Notes under the pieces: generated by a model
The model's database searches: none
Seen by the model: the letters and a program-made list of their open reading frames with translations, nothing else
What the model was told of the DNA's origin: nothing
Made by a program: the position numbers and the translations under genes
Source of the DNA: Phyllobates terribilis
Taxonomy: Eukaryota
NCBI RefSeq assembly: GCF_046119375.1
Contig: NW_027362763.1
Span: 248,372,001-248,436,000, forward strand
Length of the DNA: 64,000 nt
Reading direction: 5' to 3'
Shown here: piece after piece, positions 1-9,960 of the stretch
How the letters are laid out: each line of letters starts with the position of its first letter
How positions within the stretch are numbered: position 1 is the stretch's first letter

Positions 1-3000
1 GAGCGTGTGGTGATGGACAGGTTCATCCATTCCCTACCCAGGCCGGTGCAGACCAGGGTTGTCCAGGGTGACCCTCGGAATGCGGACGACCTTGTTGGCC
101 TGGTAGAGAGGTACCAAGTGGTCGAAAAATCCCTAGGGAAACCCGATATAATCACCTCCCCCTACTGGAGTGCCCAAAAGGGGGCGGGTTCACCACGGAA
201 GGGGGTCAGAGCCACAACTGGGGGGCGTCCCACTTCCACTGAAGGTGCCGCAAGGACTGTTGTTAAGGATGTGATCTGTTGGCGGTGTCGCAATCCGGGA
301 CACGTAGCCGCCCAGTGTCATACGTCTGCTGAGCCAATGGACTGCAGCCTAGGCAGACGATGTTCATACTATGCTTACCCAGCCTGCAGTGTGGACTGTC
401 AACCCAGCGAGGGGCCGCAGGCATGTGCCGTATCCGTTAACAGAGTGATGGTCCTGGGGCTGTTGGACTCTGGGAGTCTGGTAACCTTAATCAGTGCCAC
501 CATTCCCCACCAGCTGATCCCTACCAAATCTGTGGGTGTCCGCTGCATACATGGGGATGCCAAGAACTACCCGGTGGCCAGAGTGACAGTCGAAACAGAC
601 TGTGGCGCCCCCAATCCCACAAGGTCGGGGTGGTCAAGGACCCGATACATCCCGTCATTTTGGGGCGCGATTTTCCCTTGTTCTGGGACTTGTGGGGGAA
701 GGCATCCAGACAGAGTCCCGTGGAAAAAAGCCAGGACCCTAGAGAAATACCCCGGTCGACATCGGAAGTGGATGAGTTCCCACTATGTGTCCTTGTCGGT
801 GACGAGGACGAGACTGTGTCTGAAGTGGTCGAACTCCCTGAATTAGAGGTGCCTGGAGAGAACTTTGGGTCAGCTCAGGTTCGGGACTTGACCTTGAAAG
901 GGGCGTGGCATAATGTTACTGTTTGTAATGGTGTTGCTCAAGAGCCGGGGGCGGACACCAGGTACCCACACTTTGCAGTTCAGGGGGAGCTATTATACCG
1001 GGTGACCAAACTAAAAAGTGAAGAAGTAGTGGAACAGCTGTTAGTTCCAGGTTCATACCGTCAGAGGATATTAAACATGGCACACTCACATAATCTGGGG
1101 GGACACCTAGGGGTTGAGAAAACCCAGGAGAGAATTATAAGGAGGTTTTATTGGCCAGGATGTCATCGGGAAATCTTAAACTATTGTAGGTCCTGCCCCA
1201 CCTGCCAGATAACCGCGCCCACCTCCCACTTCCGTAGTCCATTAGTTCCATTACCTGTCATAGAGGTTCCCTGTGAGAGGATTGTCATGGACCTTGTGGG
1301 TCCCTTAGTTAAATCGGCCCGGGGCCACCAATACATCCTGGTGGTCATGGACTATGCGACCCGGTACCCCGAAGCGGTACCACTAAGGAACTCGTCCAGT
1401 AAAAGTATAGCCCGAGAGCTAGTTCATATTTTTGCTCGGACAGGTCTGCCAAAAGAGATTTTGACAGACCAAGGAACCCCCTTCATGAGCAAGGTGATGA
1501 AGGAGCTATGCAGAGTCCTTCAGATAGCCCAGATTCGGACCTCAGTTTATCATCCGCAGACGGACGGCTGAGTGGAACGCTTCAATAAGACTTTAAAGGC
1601 GATGCTCAGGAAGGTCGTTGAAAAGGATGGGCGAGACTGGGACTACCTGCTCCCATTTCTGCTTTTCTCTGTCAGAAAAGTTCCTCAAGCCTCCATTGGC
1701 TTTTCTCCATTTGAGCTCCTGTATGGACGGCATCCAAGAGGTCTCCTAGACATCGCCAAGGAAACCTGGGAGGCCGAGGTCACGCCCCACCGGAGCATCA
1801 TCGAACATGTCGCCCAGTTACAGGAGAGAATGGCGTAGGTGATGCCCATCATGAAGGAACATCTCCTCCAGGCGCAGGAAGCCCAGGTGAGGGTGTATAA
1901 CCAGTCGGCAAGGCTGAGACAGTTCCAACCTGGGGATCGCGTCCTGGTTCTTATTCCCACCGTTGAAAGTAAGTTTCTGGCCAAGTGGCAAGGCCCATAT
2001 GAGGTGGTGGAGAAGCTTGGTGAAGTGAACTACAGAGTCCACCAGCCTGGCCGAAAAAAGCCACACCAGGTGTACCATGTAAACCTGCTCAAGCCGTGGC
2101 AAGATCGGGAGCCCGTGGGAACTCCTTGCCTGGGAGCTACTCCCGAAGGCCAGATGGAAGATGTCACGATAGCGGAGACCCTTTCGCCAGCCCAGAAGCA
2201 ACAGTGTCGAGAACTGCTCCAGCAGAATCGGGACCTGTTCTCAGAGTTGCCGGGGCATACCCAGGTGGTAGAACATGATGTGCTAACAGAGCCGCATATA
2301 AGGGTGAACCTGAAGCCATACAGGATTCCTGAAGCACGCTGGGAGGTGATCTCGGCTGAGGTGAAGAGGATGTTAGACCTCGGTGTGATAGAGAAGTCAA
2401 AGAGTGGATGGTCGAGCCCCATCATCCTCGTGCCAAAACCCAACGGAGAGTGGAGGTTTTGTAATGATTATCGCCGGCTGAATGAGGTGTCCAAGTGTGA
2501 TGCGTACCCGATGCCCTGCGTCGATGAACTCATCGAGAGGCTTGGATCGGCGAGGTATATCACCACTCTGGACCTGACGAAGCGCTACTGGCAGATCCCC
2601 ATGTCCCAGACGGCCAAGGAGAAGACGGCTTTCTCAACACCTGATGGGTGCTTCCAATACACTTGGATGCCGTTCGGACTACAGGGGGCCCCAGCCACCT
2701 TCCAGAGGGCTATGGATCGGATCCTAGCCCCACATAAGAAGTATGCCGCAGCCTACCTTGATGACATTGTAGTCTTTAGCCCAGACTGGGAAAGTCATCT
2801 ACCTAAACTAAAGGCCGTTCTGGATGCTCTAAGAAAGGCGGGATTTACAATAAATCCAAAAAAATGCGCCGTTGGAAAAGAGGAGGCCAAGTACTTGGGC
2901 TATGTCTTCGGGAGAGGCAAGATAAAGCCGCAAGTTAATAAAGTGAAGGCAATCCAGACCTGGCCGAAACCGCTCTCCAAGAAGCAAGTGAGAGCATTCC

Positions 3001-3251
3001 TGGGAATGGTGGGATATTACCGGCGGTTTATCCTAAATTTTGCCATGATGGCATCGCCACTGACGGATCTCCTAAAAGGCACGAGATCAACTATGGTGAA
3101 GTGGACGGAGGAAACAGAGACTGCGTTTCAACTATTGAAATCAGCACTGTGTAAACAACCGGTCCTGGTCGCACCAGACTTCAATAAAGAGTTTGTGGTC
3201 CAGAAAGACGCTTCAGAGGTTGGTCTAGGAGCCGTACTCTCTCAAGAGATA
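1..3251 (+). mobile_element. Gmr1-like Gypsy LTR retrotransposon A, internal region (gag C-terminus, CCHC, protease, integrase, RT, start of RNase H); 5' end lies outside the window
   Basis: Motifs in order: SCAN-like capsid C-terminus, CWRCRNPGHVAAQC, LLDSGS, HSHNLGGHLG..CRSCPTC, D/D/E (MDLVGP, TDQG, ERFN), WQGPY, RFCNDYRRLN, YLDD, VQKDAS. One frameshift near 610-630 and in-frame stops at 1569 and 1836. Confidence 0.95.
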
Positions 3252-3445
3252 CAGTACAGACCAAAAGTTTGGACACACCTTCTAATTTAAAGACTTTTCA
3301 GTATTTTCATGGCTATGAAAATTGTACATTCACACTGAAGGCATCAAAACTATGAATTAACACATGTGGAATTATATAGTTAACAAAAAAAAGTGTGAAA
3401 CAACTGAAAATATGTCTTATATTCTAGGTTCTTCAAAGTAGCTAC

Positions 3446-4627
3446 TGTAACGGGTCTGGGAGGCGGAACCTCTGAGCAACTATACAAGGGGGCGGTCCTT
3501 GTAAGGAAGCGGGTGGCTCCCGGGGAAGAAGGGCAGGTAGTCACGGCAAGTGACAGGGACAGTCTCTGGGTAGAAGGGCAGGTAGTCACGGCAAGTGACA
3601 GGGACAGTCTCTGGGTAGAAGGGCAGGTACTCACGGCAAGTGACAGGGACAGTCTCTGGGTAGAAGGACAGCAGGCAGTTGGCTGGTGAGCGCTCCCAGG
3701 TGAGCGGGCGAGAGTCTTTGGACAGGCAGGTGGTCACGGCAAGTGACGGCAGAGCCTCCAGGTAGGCTAGCAGGCAGGTAGCAGGTGAGCGCTCCCAGGT
3801 GAGCGGGCAAGAGTCTCTGGACGGGCAGGTGGTCACGGCAAGTGACGGCAGAGCCTCCAGGTAGGCTAGCAGACAGGTAGCAGGTGAGCGCTCCCAGGTG
3901 AGAAGGTAAGAGTCTCTGGACAGGCAGGTGGTCACGGCAAGTGACGGCAGAGCCTCCAGGTAGGCTAGCAGGCAGGTAGCAGGTGAGCGCTCCCAGGTGA
4001 GCGGGCAAGAGTCTCTGGACGGGCAGGTGGTCACGGCAAGTGACAGCAGAGCCTCCAGGTAGGCTAGCAGACAGGTAGCAGGTGAGCGCTCCCAGGTGAG
4101 CAGGCAAGAGTCTCTGGACAGGCAGGTGGTCATGGCAAGTGACAGCGGAGCCTCCAGGTAGGCTAGCAGGCAGGTAGCAGATGAGCGCTCCCAGGTGAGC
4201 GGGCAGGCTGGTCCATAGACAGACTGACAGGTGTCGGAAGGCAGACCGTCGGACCGCAGGCTTGCAAGCAGGTAAACGAATATCAGGCTGGTATCAAGCA
4301 GGAATCTGGCAGGTGACTGGCAGGTAACTGGTAACGGGACCTGAGGGCTGAAGCAGAGTGAAGGCTTTGCAACAACATTGCTCGGGCACCTCCATTTTGG
4401 AGGAGGTGCCTTATATATGGTGAGGTCCTCCGGCCATTGGCCGGGGACTCCTTAGGACGGCGCGCGCGGCCCCTTTAAGAGAGGGGGAGCGCGCGCGCGC
4501 CCTAAGCACAGTGGCCAGGAAGCAGCGCGCGCTGCCAGCAGAGCGGGAGGAGGACGCCGGGCACGGAGAGGAGAGGTGAGGGGAACAGCGTCCCTGCCTA
4601 GCAGGAGGCAGGGACGCCGACGCTACA
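3446..4627 (-). mobile_element. Solo LTR (Gypsy type) inserted in the left TIR of Tc1 #1
   Basis: TGT...ACA ends; 5-bp TSD gctac/gccac (one mismatch). Removing it restores aaagtagccacctttt, matching the right TIR. The promoter part resembles the LTR at 24043-24860 in opposite orientation. Confidence 0.85.
3530..4205. repeat. Tandem arrays inside the solo LTR: about 3 copies of 45 bp followed by about 5 copies of 99 bp
   Basis: 15-aa and 33-aa periodicity in the minus-strand ORFs; shared core gtcacggcaagtgac. Confidence 0.9.
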
Positions 4628-6070
4628 GCCACCTTTTGCTTTAATGGCTGCTTTGCACACTCTTGGCAATCTCTTGATGAGCTTCAAGAGGTAGTCACCG
4701 GAAATGGTTTTCACTTCACAGTTGTGCCCTGTCAGGTTTAATAAGTGGGATTTCTTGCCTTATAAATGGGGTTGGGACCATCAGTTGTGTTGTAAAGAAG
4801 TCTGGTGGATACACAGCTGATAGTCCTACTGAATAGACTGTTAGAATTTGTATTATGGCAAGAAAAAAGCAGCTAAGAAGAGAAAAACGAGTGGCCATCA
4901 TTACTTTAAGAAATTAAGGTCAGTCAGTCCGAAAAATTGGGAAAACTTTGAAAGTGTCCGCAAGTGCAGTTGCAAAGTCCATCAAGCGCTAAAAAGAAAC
5001 TGGCTCACATGAGGACCGCCCCAGGAAAGGAAGACCAAGAGTCACCTCTGCTTCTGAAGATAAGTTTATCCGAGTCACCAGCCTCAGAAATCGCAGGTTA
5101 AAAGCAGCTCAGATTAGAGACCAGGTCAATGCCACACAGAGTTCTAGCAGCAGACATATCTCTTCAACAACTGTTAAAAGGAGACTTTGTGCAGCAGGCC
5201 TTCATGGTAAAATAGCTGCTAGGAAACCACTGCTAAGGACAGGTAACAAGCAGAAGAGACAAGTTTGGGCTAAAGAACACAAGGAATGGACATTAGACTA
5301 GTGGAAATCTGTGCTTTGGTCTGATGAGTCCAAATTTGAGATTTTTGGTTCCAACCACCGTGTCTTTGTGCGACGCAGAAAAGGTGAACGGATGGACTCT
5401 ACATGCCTGGTTCCCACCGTGAAGCATGGAGGAGGAGGTGTGATTGTGTGGGGGTGCTTTGCTGGTGACACTGTTGGGGATTTATTCAAAATTGAAGGCA
5501 TACTGAACCAGCATGGCTACCTCAGCATCTTGCAGCGGCATGCTATTTCATCCGGTTTGCGTTTAGTTGGACCATCATTTATTTTTTAACAGGACAATGA
5601 CCCCAAACACACCTTCAGGCTGTGTAAGGGCTATTTGACCAAGAGGGAGAGTGATGGGGTGCTATGCCAGATGACCTGGCCTCCACAGTCACCAGACCTG
5701 AACCCAATTGAGATGGTTTGGGGTGAGCTGAACCGCAGAGTGAAGGAAAAAGGGCCAACAAGTGCTAAGCATCTCTGGGAACTCCTTCAAGATTGTTGGA
5801 AGACCATTTCCGGTGACTACCTCTTGAAGCTCATCAAGAGAATGCCAAGAGTGTGCAAAGCAGTCATCAAAGCAAAAGGTGGCTACTTAGAAGAACCTAG
5901 AATATAAGTCATATTTTCAGTTGTTTCACACTTTTTTGTTAAGTATATAATTCCACATCTGTTAATTCATAGTTTTGATGCCTTCAGTGTGAATGTACAA
6001 TTTTCATAGTCATGAAAATACAGAAAAAAGTCTAAATGAGAAGGTGTGTCCAAACTTTTGGTCAGTACTG

Positions 6071-6501
6071 TAAATGGAGAAGAACATCCCATTCTCTATC
6101 TGAGTCGGAAGCTTTCATCCTGCGAGAAAAACTATGCAATAGTAGAAAAAGAGTGTCTAGCCATAAAATGGGCCGTAGATAAACTAAGATACTACCTATT
6201 AGGCCGGAAGTTTAAGTTGGTATCAGACCATGCCCCGTTGAGGTGGTTGAGGGAAAAGAGGGGTAAAAATGCCAGGGTAACTAGATGGTTCCTAGCTCTT
6301 CAGGACTTCAACTTTCACGTAGAGCATAGGCCTGGGAAGTTACACGGGAACGCTGATGCCCGTTCTAGAATTCCCTGTCTGGTATCGGAAGGTCCCCAAA
6401 CCCCCGGCTTTGGGCAGGTGGGGGGAATATGTGACAGGGTCACTGGTATGATATATGAGGGAAGGTATGTGTCGCACAGGTTGCTAGCCTGTTTGAACTG
6501 A
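6071..6501 (+). mobile_element. Gmr1-like element A, remainder of RNase H
   Basis: Removing Tc1 #1 and one TA restores VLSQEINGEEHPILYLSRKL..EKECLAIKWA..SDHAPL..NAD. Confidence 0.93.
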
Positions 6502-6932
6502 AACCAATGAACTTTCTGCCAGCATGTTATATGCTGGTGGGATAACTCACTTAAAGGGCGTGGTTTTAGGGGAATGACAGTGATGGGAGGGACATCATTC
6601 CCCATACCTCCACCTCAGGGTGTGGCTGAGGATCGTTTAAATGTTCAACCCTGTTTTTTTTCTTCTTTGAGTTGTGTTTGGAGAAGCAAGGTCTCCAGAC
6701 TGGACAGCCATAGCTCAGGAGGGAGCTAAAGGCTGGACATAACCTGTGTGTGCGACCCGCACACACATATATGGACTCTGCTACAGTTTATCTTTTGTTT
6801 TGTAGTTTAGCCAAGCAAGGCTGTGTTTATTTTGCTGGAGTGCAGAGCTTTATGCTGCTAATAAAGTCTGCAAAGAAAACCCGGGTTCATGAGTCTACTT
6901 TCGGAAGTGGCCGAGCGAGTCGTCCTACCACA
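6430..6932 (+). mobile_element. 3' LTR of Gmr1-like element A (about 500 bp)
   Basis: Purine tract gggggga ending near 6427, then tgtgac...ccaca; AATAAA near 6860. Confidence 0.8.
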
Positions 6933-7644
6933 GTGAGTATAATGGTTTTTTTTTATTTTTTAACATTTTTATTCTTTTTTTTAACTAACTTTGTCACACT
7001 ATATAAAATCCATGCCGGTTGTATGGATTTATATAGTGTGACCAAGTTGTCAAGCACTTTTCCAAGTGATGCTAAAATAGCTTGGAAAGTGATTGACAAA
7101 ATCGTATGTGCAAAATGAGTGAAAAACACTTGTCCCTGGCATTTTTCCTGATAGTTTCTGCATCTCCCTGGCAGGAAAAACGCATGTGCATTTTACATGC
7201 ATTTTTTCTGCCAGGGACAAGCATTTGTCAAGCGTTTTTAGCATGCGATTTCGCATGCTTTTGTCAAGCGTTTTTCCAAACGATTTTAGCATCACTTGGA
7301 AAAGTGGTTGAAAGTTGGTCACAAAATATAAATCCATGCAACCGGCATGGTTTTTTATTGTGTGACCAACATAATGTTAAAAAAAAAGAATTAGAGCGTA
7401 AAAATTAAAAAATAACCTTAGACTCACCTTTTGATGGCCCACACAGCGAAATCACACTAGAATTGGTCTTGCTGCGGGTTTTATCAAAATGCGAACTCGC
7501 AGCGGAAATTTCCGCATGCTGTGCACAGCACATGCGGATTTACATTGCAGTAAATGGCAGACCTATTACAAGTGATTTTAATGCGTTTTCGCGGCGACAA
7601 TACGCTGCAAAAATGCATTAAAATAGCTTCGTGTGCACATAGCC
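6933..7644. mobile_element. Right part of a PIF/Harbinger-type MITE with internal hairpin blocks
   Basis: Ends gtgtgcacatagcc followed by TAA. The arm is the reverse complement of the left arm of 8570-9392, and both contain the ggtcacactatataaatccatg hairpin. Confidence 0.7.
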
Positions 7645-7836
7645 TAAGACTGAAAAAAAAAAATCCATCAGAGATAGCAGAAATGTTAGCAGTGGCCAAA
7701 TCAACAGTTTGGTACATTCTGCAAAAAAGAGCGATTTGGTGAGCTTGGGAACTCAAAAAGGCCTGGATGTCCACGGAAGACAACAGTAGTGGATGATCGC
7801 AGAATCATTTCCATGGGGAAGAAAAACACTCATCGG

Positions 7837-8398
7837 GAAGTAGATGTTTCAGTATCTAATTCTACCAAAAACGAATAAAAAGACAGCATGAGAGCAAATA
7901 CAGAGGGTTCACCACTAGGGTTGAGCGAGTATGTTCTGTCCGAGTATGCTCGGGCCGAGCTCCGAGTATTTACAGCTGCTCGGTGATAAGGTTAAATCGC
8001 TCCCGTGTACATGATTTGCAACTGTTTGACAGCTTTATTACATGTGAGGAATGTGTAAGAAATAGACATTCCTCACAGGGGTGGATTAAGAGTAGCAAGG
8101 GCCCCGGGCAGTTTAGAAGTAGATGTTTCAGTATCTAATTCTACCAAAAACGAATAAAAAGACAGCATGAGAGCAAATACAGAGGGTTCACCACTAGGGT
8201 TGAGCGAGTATGTTCTGCCCGAGTATGCTCGGGCCGAGCTCCGAGTATTTACAGCTGCTCGGTGATAAGGTTAAATCGCTCCCGTGTACATGATTTGCAA
8301 CTGTTTGACAGCTTTATTACATGTGAGGAATGTGTAAGAAATAGACATTCCTCACAGGGGTGGATTAAGAGTAGCAAGGGCCCCGGGCAGTTTAGAAG
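7837..8398. repeat. 279-bp direct tandem duplication spanning the Tc1/hAT-MITE junction
   Basis: gaagtagatgtttcag occurs at 7837 and 8116; the two copies are nearly identical; gaag microhomology at the join. Confidence 0.9.
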
Positions 8399-8399
8399 G

Positions 8400-8402
8400 C
8401 CC

Positions 8403-8467
<65 letters not shown>
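8400..8467. repeat. Poly-C run plus (CA)n microsatellite
   Basis: Direct reading. Confidence 0.95.
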
Positions 8468-8469
<2 letters not shown>

Positions 8470-8569
8470 GAAGTATCACGTGACATGTCACATGATCCCC
8501 TGTGATAGATCATGTGATAGTTCACGTGAAATTAATTTGGCACAATATTAATTATAATAATTTTTTTTA

Positions 8570-9392
8570 GGCTGTGTGCCCACTATGCATTTTTTAAGCA
8601 TTTCCGCAGCGGCAATTCCGCTGCAGAAACGCTTAAAAAACGCTTGCTAGAAGGTCCGCCATGTTCCCCAATGATAATCCGCATGTGCTGTGCACATGCT
8701 GCGGAAATTTCCGCTGCAGATTATCATTGCGGAAAAATCCGCAGTACTACCAATTATTTTGCGGAAGCGCGGCACTTTCACCGCCATTGACTTGCATTGG
8801 AACACATGGAATCCGCATCACTTCATCTGTGCATGCAGAATCCATGCGTTTCAATGAGCGGATGGTACCCGGGTTTGGAGAAAAGGAGACTCTCCTCCGG
8901 ACCCGGGTACCATAGAACCTGTAAAAAAAGAATAAAATAAAAAATAAATATTATACTTACCTTCTGATGGCCCCCGGTGTCTTTATCCGATGCGTCCTGG
9001 CTTGCCGGCAGCTCGCGATGGTCTGAAAAGGACCTGCCGTGACGTCATTTAGTCATGTGAAGGGTCACGCGACCGCTGACGTCGGCAGGCCATCAGAAGG
9101 TAATTATATATTTATTTTTTACCATTCTTTTATGGTCACACTATATAAATCCATGCTGGTTGCATGGATTTATATAGTGTGACCAAGTTGTCAAGCCCTT
9201 TCCAAGTGATGCTAAAATCGGTTGGAAAGCGCTTGTCAACCCGCATGCAGAAATGCATGTGAAGAACGCTTCACATCCGCAAGTCCCTGGCAGGAAAAAC
9301 GCATGTACAATCCACATGCGTTTTTTCTGCCAGGGAGATGCAGAAACGCTCAAAAAAAATCCGGAGCATTTCTGCATCGTGGGCACATAGCC
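8570..9392. mobile_element. PIF/Harbinger-type MITE
   Basis: TIRs ggctgtgtgcccac / gtgggcacatagcc; TTA on both sides. Confidence 0.85.
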
Positions 9393-9423
9393 TTACATTA
9401 ATTGTATGACTCAATATTGAGCA

Positions 9424-9797
9424 CACGTAGCCATCTATACACAGCAGGAGGCCGCACGTAGCCATCTATACACAGCAGGAGGCCGCACGTAGCCATCTAT
9501 ACACAGCGGGAGGCCGCACGTAGCCATCTATACACAGCGGGAGGCCGCACGTAGCCATCTATACACAGCGGGAGGCCGCACGTAGCCATCTATACACAGC
9601 GGGAGGCCGCACGTAGCCATCTATACACAGCGGGAGGCCGCACGTAGCCATCTATACACAGCGGGAGGCCGCACGTAGCCATCTATACACAGCGGGAGGC
9701 CGCACGGCGCCATCTATACACAGCGGGAGGCCGCACGGCGCCAACTATACACAGCGGGAGGCAGCACGGCGCCATCTATACACAGCGGGAGGCCGCA
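9424..9797. repeat. 31-bp minisatellite, about 12 copies (cacgtagccatctatacacagcgggaggccg)
   Basis: Direct reading; variants accumulate toward the right end. Confidence 0.95.
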
Positions 9798-9929
9798 CGC
9801 AGTCACGCACGCAGTCACGCATGCAGTCACGCACACACACAAACATATACAGACATATACATACACGCTTAAACACATTTGAAACACAAAAATACATATA
9901 AACAGACATCACACAATGATATCTGCCTG

Positions 9930-9960
<31 letters not shown>

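Larger units (their letters stand above)
3252..6070 (+). mobile_element. Tc1-family DNA transposon #1, complete with about 270-bp TIRs; transposase decayed
   Basis: Ends cagtacagaccaaaagtttggacacacc / ggtgtgtccaaacttttggtcagtactg, with TA at 3250-3251 and 6071-6072. Transposase ATG near 4856; WSDESKF, QDNDPKH and SPDLNPIE motifs with internal stops; ORF ends 5907. Confidence 0.95.

Noticed and set aside
3480-4133. 217-aa and 158-aa minus-strand ORFs as genes
   Set aside because: They are translations of the 45-bp and 99-bp LTR repeats, with no recognisable domain.
9424-9797. CRISPR-like array (also 3530-4205 and 15075-16830)
   Set aside because: Units are contiguous without unique spacers, there are no cas genes, and the context is eukaryotic.
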